From Gaiellaceae bacterium (GTDB lineage Bacteria; Actinomycetota; Thermoleophilia; Gaiellales; Gaiellaceae), in the NCBI GenBank assembly GCA_050010215.1, contig JBEKLL010000003.1:19888-83887 (forward strand): 64,000 nt of DNA. Direction: 5' to 3'. Both the position numbers and the translations under genes were made by a program. A model generated the notes under the pieces. That model did not search any database. It worked only from the letters and a program-made list of their open reading frames with translations, and was not told the origin of the DNA. Positions 42,574-51,258 of the stretch are shown here, one piece after another; the first letter of the stretch is position 1; each line of letters starts with the position of its first letter.

Positions 42574-43107
42574 ATGAAGCTCTTCCTTCCGCTCGCGGCC
42601 TTTTATCTGGGGCTGGTCGTGCTCGCCAACTGGCTCGCGAGCGCCTACGTCGTCGGCGTGCCGCTGACGCCATACCAGGCGCCGGCGGGAGTTTTCTGCA
42701 TCGGTGGCGTGCTCGTACTGCGCGACTGGATTCAGCAGCTCCGCGGTCTCGTCTGGACGATGCCGCTCGTCTACGCGGCCGGGCTGATCTCGTGGGGCGC
42801 CGGCGATCTCGCCGGCTGGACCTCGCTCGAGAAGATCGCGGTCGCCAGCGTCATCGCCTTCACGGTCTCGGAGACGGTCGAGGCGGTCGTCTTCACGCCG
42901 ATCAGGAAGCGCAATCTGAGCCTGGGGGTCGCCCTCTCCGGAACGGTCGGCAATGCGATCGACTCCTACCTCTTCCTGACGATCGCGTTCGCCTCGACGA
43001 GCTTCTTCTGGGGCCAGTTCTGGGGCAAGAGCGAGATGATCGCGATCGGAACGCTGCTGACGATGACGCGCCGTCGCCTCGTCCCGATCACGGTCGGCGG
43101 TCAGTAG
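42574..43107 (+). CDS. VUT-family (YhhQ/DUF165) queuosine-precursor transporter-like membrane protein
   Basis: 6 hydrophobic helices. GNAIDSYLF motif typical of YhhQ. Confidence 0.7.
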   Translation: MKLFLPLAAFYLGLVVLANWLASAYVVGVPLTPYQAPAGVFCIGGVLVLRDWIQQLRGLVWTMPLVYAAGLISWGAGDLAGWTSLEKIAVASVIAFTVSETVEAVVFTPIRKRNLSLGVALSGTVGNAIDSYLFLTIAFASTSFFWGQFWGKSEMIAIGTLLTMTRRRLVPITVGGQ

Positions 43108-43135
43108 CGCGTCTCACGGGTCTATCCTCCGCGGC

Positions 43136-43651
43136 ATGAGCGAGCTGCACGGCTGGCGTTTCTGCCCGCGCTGCGGCGCTGAGCTTGCGATCGAACGCAC
43201 GCAAGCGACGTGCCCGGCTTGTGGTTCGCAGTACTACGCGAACTCGGCACCGGCGGTGGGCGCTATCTGCGAGGACGAGCTCGGCCGGTTGATGCTGGTA
43301 CGGCGAGCACTGGAGCCGAGGAAGGACAAGTGGGACACCCCCGGCGGCTTCCTCGAGGAGGGGGAGCTGCCGCTCGAAGGTCTCAAACGCGAACTGCTGG
43401 AGGAGACCGGCGTGGTGATTGAGCCGGGCGAGTTCTTCGCTGCCTTCACCGATCTCTACGGCGACGCCGCCGAAGCCCAGACGATCCTGAGCCTGAACTG
43501 GAAAGCCCGTATCGTGAGCGGGGAACCCAAGGCGGCCGACGACATCTCCGAGATTCGCTGGTTCGGGCCCGACGAGTTACCCGCTCCGACCGAGATCGCT
43601 TTTCCGAGCGTCGCCGAGGCGGTCGAGCTCTGGCGCGCGCAGCACAGCTGA
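43136..43651 (+). CDS. NUDIX hydrolase with N-terminal zinc ribbon
   Basis: CPRCG..CPACG zinc ribbon. Nudix box GGFLEEGELPLEGLKRELLEETG. Confidence 0.8.
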   Translation: MSELHGWRFCPRCGAELAIERTQATCPACGSQYYANSAPAVGAICEDELGRLMLVRRALEPRKDKWDTPGGFLEEGELPLEGLKRELLEETGVVIEPGEFFAAFTDLYGDAAEAQTILSLNWKARIVSGEPKAADDISEIRWFGPDELPAPTEIAFPSVAEAVELWRAQHS

Positions 43652-43664
43652 TGTCATCGAGGCG

Positions 43665-45026
43665 CTAGTGGTCGCGCTCGCTGCGCGTACGCCGGACAGT
43701 ACCCTGCCACTCGATCTCGAGTGCGTGGGCCAGAACGCGAGCGGCGCCCTCTCCGTCCCCGTTCTGCCGAAGCAACTCCGCCCAGCCGTGGCAAGCCTGC
43801 ACGGCCTCGCGCCATTCGCCCGGACTCGCTGCGATTCTTTCGACTGCGCGCTCGTAGTAGGAGATCGCCTCGTCGCTCTCCCCGCGGGCGGTGTGGGCGC
43901 GGGCGAGACCATGCCAGGCGCTGCCCATGAAGCTGGGCTCCACTTCGAGCAGGCTCGTGGCCTCGAGACCACGCTCGAGCGCCTCGTCGCCCTGATCGAG
44001 CTTCGCAAGCGCTTTCGCCTGCTCGGCGCGGATCAGGCCGAGGTCGATCCTGTCGATACCGGGGCCGAACAACTCCTCGGCGAGCGCTAAGTGCTTGAGC
44101 GCCAGCTCGGGCTGGTCGTCGAGATTGAAGACGTGCGCGCACAGCTGCTGCGCCCTGGCGCGATGGAAGTTGTCCTCACTCGACTCCAATAGCGCGACCG
44201 AATGGCGCAGGTGCTTGAGCGCGGCCGGAAGCTTGCCCTCCATCGTGGCGAGTCGCGCCAGCGACCAGTGCAATCGCGCCTGGCCGTAGAGGTCCGCGCC
44301 CTGCTCTTGCTCCTCGTGGATACGCACTAGCAGCTCGCGTGCGCGTTCGAACTCACCCAGCGATGAGAGCGCGTAGCTGAGATAGGTCATGAGCGTCGCG
44401 CGGGCGGCGGCTACCTCCTCCGGCGGCTGAGTCTCCAGTTGCTTCAGTGCGTCCTCGAGGAACTCCGCTGCCCGCTCGTACTCGTCGAGCAGCCAGTACA
44501 TGCGCCCGAGAGTGACGAAGACGTCCGGATGAGTGGCCGGGTCGAGATCGCCCGCCTCGACCGCCTGCTCGAGAAAGCGGGCGGCTTCGGCGTGGTTGCC
44601 GCGCGTCGTGGCGACGAGTCCGAGCCCCACGAGCGCGCGTGCAGCCAGCGCCTGCTCGCCCGCCCGGCTGGCTTCGGCGTGAACGCTCAGAAGCGTCCGG
44701 AACGCCGAGTCGAGGTCGTCTCCGAGGCGAACCTGGACCTCGGCCTCCGTCAGGCGCAGCTCGAGCGAGTCGGACGGGTGCATCTCGCTTCCGGTCTCGA
44801 GGTACTGGGAAGAGACACCCAGTCCGCGTGCGAGCAAACGGATGGCCTTCACCGAGGGCTGACGGGTGCCGGACTCGATGCGCGAGATGTGGGCCGTCGA
44901 GATGCCGGGGCCCGCGAGGTCGAGTTGAGACACGCCTTTTTCGTGGCGCAGGCGTAACAACCGCTCGCCGATCGACTCCTGCCGTGTTGCTTCGTCAGCC
45001 ACAGGTTCCCATCTTGCACTTCCCAA
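43665..45026 (-). CDS. XRE-family HTH transcriptional regulator fused to a TPR-repeat domain
   Basis: N-terminal HTH (IGERLLRLRHEKGVSQLDLA..ISRIESG). About 380 aa of TPR-like helical repeats. Confidence 0.8.
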   Translation of the reverse strand: MGSARWEPVADEATRQESIGERLLRLRHEKGVSQLDLAGPGISTAHISRIESGTRQPSVKAIRLLARGLGVSSQYLETGSEMHPSDSLELRLTEAEVQVRLGDDLDSAFRTLLSVHAEASRAGEQALAARALVGLGLVATTRGNHAEAARFLEQAVEAGDLDPATHPDVFVTLGRMYWLLDEYERAAEFLEDALKQLETQPPEEVAAARATLMTYLSYALSSLGEFERARELLVRIHEEQEQGADLYGQARLHWSLARLATMEGKLPAALKHLRHSVALLESSEDNFHRARAQQLCAHVFNLDDQPELALKHLALAEELFGPGIDRIDLGLIRAEQAKALAKLDQGDEALERGLEATSLLEVEPSFMGSAWHGLARAHTARGESDEAISYYERAVERIAASPGEWREAVQACHGWAELLRQNGDGEGAARVLAHALEIEWQGTVRRTRSERDH

Positions 45027-45339
45027 TTGGCACGGTCAACCCGAAGGGGTAGAAGAAGATCACCTTGCCTAGAGGTAAGGCAGTTCGTATCGTCCGGAGT
45101 AGTCGCCTTCGATCCGAGACGGCGACGAGGGAGTCCCCCCGAGAGAAGGAGGAGTGCGGCAGCCGCGCGGCATCACGCGTCTCCGCGAGCACGGCCACGA
45201 CTCGCCATCCGGGCGCGCCCTTTTTCGGCTGCGCGCTGGTTTGAAGGGAGGTGAGATCGATGCGTAACAAGTTTCCGTGGTGGTAGTCGCTAGACCGGAC
45301 GGAGCCGGGGCGACGCTCGTTCCGGCTCCGTCTCGATTC

Positions 45340-45660
45340 CTATTCCTCGCTCAGACCTAGTAGTCGCTCCAATGAGCCCTTTGGGTGGGCGCCGATCGCG
45401 ACCTTCGCGGGCTGGCCGTCGCGGAAGAGCACGATCGTGGGGATCGAGGAGATGCTGAAGCGCTGCGCCAGCTCCATCTCCTCGTCGATGTTCACCTTGA
45501 CCAGCTTGAGGTCACCGGCGCGCTCCTCGACGATCTTGTCCAGAACCGGCGCGACCGCGTGGCAAGGTCCGCACCATTCGGCCCAGAAATCCACTATTAC
45601 CGGCTTCTGGCTCTTCAAGACCTCCTGCTCGAAGGTCGCTCCCGTAACGGCCTCTGACAC
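45340..45660 (-). CDS. trxA: thioredoxin
   Basis: WAEWCGPC active site. GTG start after GGAAGGG gives 106 aa. Longer ORF start at 45717 is possible. Confidence 0.88.
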   Translation of the reverse strand: MSEAVTGATFEQEVLKSQKPVIVDFWAEWCGPCHAVAPVLDKIVEERAGDLKLVKVNIDEEMELAQRFSISSIPTIVLFRDGQPAKVAIGAHPKGSLERLLGLSEE

Positions 45661-45750
45661 TTCGCTCACCCTTCCTACGAGTCGTTTTCTGTCTGCTTCT
45701 ATAGAACGCTGGAGCACGCGTTAAACATCCCGGCCTAGAATCTCGCCCGC

Positions 45751-48700
45751 GTGGACAGCATTTTTACACCCCTGTCGGCCAAGCCCGACCATAGCGCGCT
45801 CGAGCTCGCTGTGCTCGCACGCTGGGGGAGCGAGCGTACTTTCGAGCGCCTGCGCGAAAAGAACCGTGGCGGGGAGAGCTGGAGCTTCATCGACGGGCCG
45901 ATCACGGCCAACAAGAAGATGGGCGTGCATCACATGTGGGGCCGAACGCTCAAGGACGTCTTCGTCCGCTTCCGCGCCATGCAGGGCTTCGACCAGCGCT
46001 ACCAGAACGGCTACGACTGCCAGGGGCTCTGGATCGAGGTCGGAGTGGAGCAAGAGCTGGGGCTCAACTCCAAGCGCGAGATCGAGGAGTACGGGCTCGA
46101 GGCGTTTGCCCGGCACTGCCGCGACAAGGTCATCTGGTCGGCGAGCGAGATCACTCGCCAGTCGAAACGGCTTGGGCAGTGGCTCGATTTCGGTGCCGAC
46201 TACTTCACCTTCTCCGACACCAACATCGAGTACATCTGGCGCTTCCTGAAGACGCTGTACGAGCGCGGCTGGCTCTACCTCGGCCACCGCGCCACCGAGT
46301 GGTGCCCCCGCTGCGGTACCTCGATCTCGGCCCACGAGCTGACGACGGGAGACGCCTACCGCGACAAGATCGACCCGTCGCTCTTTGTTCGCTTCCCCTT
46401 GCTCGAGCGCCCGGGCGAGGCGCTCGCCGTCTGGACGACGACGCCCTGGACGTTGCCGGCCAACGTCGCGGCGGCGGTCGATCCGAATTCCGCTTACGTC
46501 AAGGTGCGGACCGACGGGGATGCGCTCTGGCTCGCCAAGCCGCTGCTCGAGCTCGTTCCCGTTTCGGGCGAACTGGTGGACGAGCAGCCGGGCGAGCAGC
46601 TCGTGGGCTGGCGCTACCGCGGCCCCTTCTCCGATCTGCCCGCGGCGGACGGGGTCGAGTACCGGGTCGTCGCCTGGGACGAGGTCTCGATGGAAGAGGG
46701 AACCGGCATCGTCCACATCGCGCCGGGTTGCGGTAACGAGGACTTCGAGCTCGGCAAGCGTGAGGAACTACCGGTGCTCGCGCCCATCGACGAGGACGGG
46801 AAGATCCTGCCGGGGTACGGCTGGCTGGCCGGCAAGGGCGCGCACGAGGCAGCCTCGGAGATCATCGCCGACCTCGAGAAGCGCGGCATCCTCATCCAGG
46901 CCGGCACCATCCACCACCGCTATCCGCACTGCTGGCGCTGCGAGACTCCGCTCGTCTTCCGCATCACCGACGACTGGTTCATCGCCGTCGACGAGCTGCG
47001 CCAGCAGCTGCTCGACGCCAACGCCTCGGTCAAGTGGACGCCGGACTACTTCGGCAAGCGCATGGACGACTGGCTACGCAACATGGGCGACTGGAACATC
47101 TCACGGCGCCGCTACTTCGGGCTGCCGCTGCCCTTCTTCCCCTGCAAGTGCGGGCACCTGACCGTGGTCGGCTCCAAGGCCGAGCTGGCCGAGCTGGCTA
47201 CGGAGGGGATCGAGCAGCTGGAAGAGCTACACAGGCCCTGGATCGACGGCGTCTCGATTCGCTGCGAGGAATGTGGCGACGAGACGGTAAAGCGGGTCAG
47301 CGAAGTAGGCGATGTCTGGCTCGACGCCGGCATCGTCCCCTTCTCGACGCTGGGCTGGCAGAACCCGGAGTGGAAGGATCAGGGCTACGCGACCGGCGCC
47401 TCCAGGGGACTCTCGACCGCCGACCTGCCCGACCACGCCTACTGGGAGAAGTGGTTCCCGGCCGACTGGGTCTGCGAGATGCGCGAGCAGATCAGGCTCT
47501 GGTTCTACTCGCTGCTCTTCATGTCGGTGGCGCTGGACGGGCGGGCGCCGTACAAGGAGGTGCTCTCCTACGAGAAGCTGCTGGACGAGCACGGTGACGA
47601 GATGCACGGCTCGCGCGGTAACGCGATCGACGCCGACGAAGCCTTCGAGCGAATGGGCGCCGACGCCATGCGCTGGCTCTACTGCGCGCAGCCGCCGACC
47701 CAGAACATCCGCTTCGGCTTCGGCCCCGCCGACGAGGTACGGCGCAAACTTCTGACGCTCTGGAACTCCGCCTCCTTCCTCGTCACCTACGCCAACATCG
47801 AGGGCTTCCGCCCCAGCTTCGAGGACATCGCCGGCGGGCCGCAAGGGGTGGAGCTGAAGCCGCTCGATCGCTGGCTGGTCGAGCGCACGCACGCACTGGT
47901 GGCCGAGGCGACCGAGGCGCTCGAGTCGTCGCTGACCGTCGGTGTGATCCGCGCCTTCGACAGCTTCGTGGACGACCTCTCGAACTGGTACATCCGCCGC
48001 TCGCGGCGGCGCTTCTACTCGCTCGACGAGGCGGCCTTCCGCACGCTCTGGTTCGCGCTCGTCCAGGGGATAAGGGTCATCTCTCCGGTGCTTCCCTTCC
48101 TGACCGACCAGCTCTGGAAGATCCTCGTCGCCGGTCCTTGCGCCGGGGCGCCCGATTCGGTTTTCCTGGCCGGCTGGCCTGAGGCGCCCGTCGCCGACTC
48201 CGAGCTACTGGAGGAGGTTGCCGAGCTACGGCGCGTTGTCGAGCTGGCCCGATCGGCCCGCTCGCAGGCGGAGATCAAGCTGCGTCAGCCCGTGCGCCGG
48301 ATCGTCGTCCAGGGCGCGTCGCGCGCGGAGGACCACACCGACGAGATCGCCGACGAGCTGCGCGCCAAGGAGGTCGTCTTCGCCGATATCGAGGCAGTCG
48401 AGCTCAAGGTCAAGCCGGAGTTGCGCTCGCTCGGTCCGAAGCTGGGCAAGGAGCTTCCGGTCGTGCGCGCCGCGCTCGAGCGGGGCGAGTTCGAGCAGCT
48501 CGATGGCGGCCGCTTCCGCGTGCTCGGGCACGAGCTCGAGCCCGAGGAGGTGCTGGTGGAGACGATCACCCGCGCCGGCTGGTCGCTGGCCGAGGAGGGC
48601 GGCGTCACGGTCGCCGTCTCGACAGAGCTCGACGAGGAACTGCTGCGCGAGGGCCGCGTGCTCGATCTCACCCATAAGATCAACACGCTGCGCAAGGAGC

Positions 48701-48858
48701 AGGGCCTGGAGTTGACCGACCGCATCAAGCTCACGCTGCCCGAATCGGAGCGCGATCTCGAGCCCTACACCGAGCAGATCAAAGGCGAGACGCTGGCGCT
48801 CGAGCTCGATTTCGACGGGTCGCTCACAGGTCCGAAGCTCGAGCGCGTCGAGCGCTGA
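45751..48858 (+). CDS. ileS: isoleucine--tRNA ligase (type 2)
   Basis: HIGH-like HHMWGR, editing CP1 domain, Zn-binding CxxC pairs. 1035 aa. Confidence 0.95.
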   Translation: MDSIFTPLSAKPDHSALELAVLARWGSERTFERLREKNRGGESWSFIDGPITANKKMGVHHMWGRTLKDVFVRFRAMQGFDQRYQNGYDCQGLWIEVGVEQELGLNSKREIEEYGLEAFARHCRDKVIWSASEITRQSKRLGQWLDFGADYFTFSDTNIEYIWRFLKTLYERGWLYLGHRATEWCPRCGTSISAHELTTGDAYRDKIDPSLFVRFPLLERPGEALAVWTTTPWTLPANVAAAVDPNSAYVKVRTDGDALWLAKPLLELVPVSGELVDEQPGEQLVGWRYRGPFSDLPAADGVEYRVVAWDEVSMEEGTGIVHIAPGCGNEDFELGKREELPVLAPIDEDGKILPGYGWLAGKGAHEAASEIIADLEKRGILIQAGTIHHRYPHCWRCETPLVFRITDDWFIAVDELRQQLLDANASVKWTPDYFGKRMDDWLRNMGDWNISRRRYFGLPLPFFPCKCGHLTVVGSKAELAELATEGIEQLEELHRPWIDGVSIRCEECGDETVKRVSEVGDVWLDAGIVPFSTLGWQNPEWKDQGYATGASRGLSTADLPDHAYWEKWFPADWVCEMREQIRLWFYSLLFMSVALDGRAPYKEVLSYEKLLDEHGDEMHGSRGNAIDADEAFERMGADAMRWLYCAQPPTQNIRFGFGPADEVRRKLLTLWNSASFLVTYANIEGFRPSFEDIAGGPQGVELKPLDRWLVERTHALVAEATEALESSLTVGVIRAFDSFVDDLSNWYIRRSRRRFYSLDEAAFRTLWFALVQGIRVISPVLPFLTDQLWKILVAGPCAGAPDSVFLAGWPEAPVADSELLEEVAELRRVVELARSARSQAEIKLRQPVRRIVVQGASRAEDHTDEIADELRAKEVVFADIEAVELKVKPELRSLGPKLGKELPVVRAALERGEFEQLDGGRFRVLGHELEPEEVLVETITRAGWSLAEEGGVTVAVSTELDEELLREGRVLDLTHKINTLRKEQGLELTDRIKLTLPESERDLEPYTEQIKGETLALELDFDGSLTGPKLERVER

Positions 48859-48882
48859 GCGGCGCTCTCAACCCGGTTTGGC

Positions 48883-49224
48883 TCACCTGCTTCTGGTTCG
48901 CGCCGTCGCCGCCCGATACCAGGCGCAGATCTTCTTCGCGGCGAGCCGGTCGAGCGCCGGGTTGCCGGCGAGTCCTATGTCCTCGACCCGCACCCGGCCG
49001 AGGTAGTCGCTCAATTCGTCGATCGCGCAACCGTGCTCGAGCATCGCCGCGATCGGGCCGAGGTAGCGGTCGTACTCATCGGCCGTGTCGCTTATTCCCC
49101 GCACATCGATCGGATCCCACCAGAGCATCAGCAGATCGCTCAACTCGTCCGACCCTTCGCGTCGCCACCAGATACGCCACTCAGCGAGATCCATACTCGC
49201 ACCGTACATTCGATTCGAAGCCAT
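48883..49224 (-). CDS. hypothetical small Trp/Asp-rich protein
   Basis: ORF 48883-49374. Only the C-terminal ~110 aa look protein-like (MDLAEWRIWWRREGSDELSDLLMLWWDPIDV). Start uncertain. Confidence 0.35.
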   Translation of the reverse strand: MASNRMYGASMDLAEWRIWWRREGSDELSDLLMLWWDPIDVRGISDTADEYDRYLGPIAAMLEHGCAIDELSDYLGRVRVEDIGLAGNPALDRLAAKKICAWYRAATARTRSR

Positions 49225-49540
49225 GGCGAGCCTTTGAGCATTTGGCTCATCTCGATCAGAGGAAGTCGAACGACTGCTCGCCCGACTGGCGCACCTGGAA
49301 CTGGAGTCGCTCGCGGGCGCGTGACCTCTACTGCGGCACTCACGCGGCAGGGCGACCGTAGAGCGCTCGTTCACCCGTGCTGATTCGGCGGGAATCCGGC
49401 ACAGACGTGTGCGCTTTTAAGAGCTAGACTCGAACTGGGGACGGGAGGCGGGGAACCCGCCTCACCCGGGCGCCGCTCACGAGCAACTAGCCGGCCGCAT
49501 CAGGCTTCTGTCAGTGGTTCGACAGCGTTACCGCAGCAAC

Positions 49541-50179
49541 CTATGCCTGCCGGATCAGCGTGATCCCGTCCCGCACGCTCAGGATCACGCAGCGCACGCG
49601 TGGATCGCTCCGCACCCGTTCGTTGAAGGCGCGTATCGCTCTCGTCCCCTCACCGGCATCGGAGTCGTCGAGCACCGCTCCGTGCCGGAGCGTGTTATCG
49701 ACCGCGATCAGACCGCGCGGCGAGAGCTTGGGCAGCACCGCCTCGTAGTAGTCGAGATAGCCGGTCTTGTCGGCGTCGATGAAGACGAAGTCGAACAGGC
49801 CGGGCAGGCGCTCGAGCGACTCCAGAGCCGGGCCGAGCATGATCTCGATCTTCTCCGCGTGGGGACTGGCGGCGATCGCACGACTCGCGAGCTCGGCATG
49901 GGCCGCGTCGACCTCGAGCGTGACGATGTGCCCTTCGGGCGGAAGCCCTTCGGCCATGGACAGCGCCGAGTAGCCCGAAAAGGTGCCGATTTCGAGCACC
50001 GAGCGTGCCGCAAGCGCGAAGACCAGGAACTCGAGCAGGCGTCCGACCACCGGCCCTGAGAGCATGCCCGGCGAGTCGAGCCGACGGTAGGTCTCGCGAC
50101 GCAGCTCCTCGAGCTGGGGCGCGCTCGGAGTCGTCATCTGCTCGACGTAGGCCAGGATCTCTGCGGGCGTCAGCTGCAC
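49541..50179 (-). CDS. class I SAM-dependent O-methyltransferase (caffeoyl-CoA OMT-like)
   Basis: VLEIGTFSGYSAL motif I. FDFVFIDADK metal/SAM motif. Confidence 0.8.
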   Translation of the reverse strand: MQLTPAEILAYVEQMTTPSAPQLEELRRETYRRLDSPGMLSGPVVGRLLEFLVFALAARSVLEIGTFSGYSALSMAEGLPPEGHIVTLEVDAAHAELASRAIAASPHAEKIEIMLGPALESLERLPGLFDFVFIDADKTGYLDYYEAVLPKLSPRGLIAVDNTLRHGAVLDDSDAGEGTRAIRAFNERVRSDPRVRCVILSVRDGITLIRQA

Positions 50180-50208
50180 GAAGGGGATCTACCCGGTGGT
50201 GATGAGGT

Positions 50209-51159
50209 TCATTCGCCGGCGCCTGCGTCGATCTTGCGGCGCAGCTCGACAGGAAGCCGGAACTCCACGTGTTCTTCGACAAGACGCGCCTGCTCTATCT
50301 GCTCGACGCCGCGTTCGCGGAACCAGTCGCAGACGCCCTCGACGAGGCGCTCGGGGGCCGAGGCGCCGGATGTGATCCCGACCGTGTCTACGCCTTCGAG
50401 CCAGCGCTCCTCGATCGCGTCGGCGTCCTCGATCAGGTGCGCCTCGATACCGCCGGCCCTGGCCACGTCGACCAGGCGGTTGGAGTTGGAGCTGTTCTGC
50501 GAGCCGATCACGAGCAGAAGCTGGATCTGCGGCAGCATCTCCTTGACCGCCTGCTGGCGGTTGGAGGTCGCGTAGCAGATGTCCTCGCGCTTGGGCGAGC
50601 GGATCGCGGGGAAGCGGCGGCGCAGCACCGCGATGATCTCGGCCGTCTCCTCGACCGAGAGCGTCGTTTGGGTGACGTAGGCCAGCTTCGTCTCGGCCGG
50701 GAAGGAGAGCGCCTCGGCGTCGGCGAGCGATTCGACCAGGACGATCGCCTCGGGCGCCTCACCCATCGTGCCGACCACCTCCTCGTGACCGGCGTGGCCG
50801 ATCAGCACTATCCGGTAGCCCTCCTGTGCGAAGCGCCGCGCCTGCACGTGCACCTTGCTCACGAGCGGGCAGGTGGCGTCGATCGTCTTCTGCCCCAGCT
50901 CCCGGCTGCGTAGATACACCTCCGGGGCGACCCCGTGCGCCGACAGGACGAGCGTGGAGCCGGACGGCGCTTCCCGTTCCTCCTGCACGAAGATCGCGCC
51001 GCGTCCCTGTAGATCGCTGACGACGTGACGGTTGTGGACGATCTCCTTACGGACGTAGACGGCGCCGTGGCGATCGAGTGCGCGCGCGACCGTCTCGACG
51101 GCACGCTCCACCCCGGCGCAGTAGCCGCGCGGTGAAGCGAGAAGCACGCGTCGCACCAC
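50209..51159 (-). CDS. ispH: 4-hydroxy-3-methylbut-2-enyl diphosphate reductase
   Basis: PRGYCAGVERAV, conserved Cys triad context, HNRHV motif. 316 aa. Confidence 0.92.
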   Translation of the reverse strand: MVRRVLLASPRGYCAGVERAVETVARALDRHGAVYVRKEIVHNRHVVSDLQGRGAIFVQEEREAPSGSTLVLSAHGVAPEVYLRSRELGQKTIDATCPLVSKVHVQARRFAQEGYRIVLIGHAGHEEVVGTMGEAPEAIVLVESLADAEALSFPAETKLAYVTQTTLSVEETAEIIAVLRRRFPAIRSPKREDICYATSNRQQAVKEMLPQIQLLLVIGSQNSSNSNRLVDVARAGGIEAHLIEDADAIEERWLEGVDTVGITSGASAPERLVEGVCDWFRERGVEQIEQARLVEEHVEFRLPVELRRKIDAGAGE

Positions 51160-51258
51160 TTAAGCATCGTAGCTTCAGCCTCTTGCACCCCGGCGCCGCG
51201 AGAGGACATTGCTCGCGCCGGTTTTCAGCGGGGGAGCAGGGGTATCATCCGTTTCCGA

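Noticed and set aside
45721-46716. 331-aa minus-strand ORF, plus several + off-frame ORFs inside ileS
   Set aside because: They overlap the 1035-aa IleRS frame, which carries the class I synthetase motifs.
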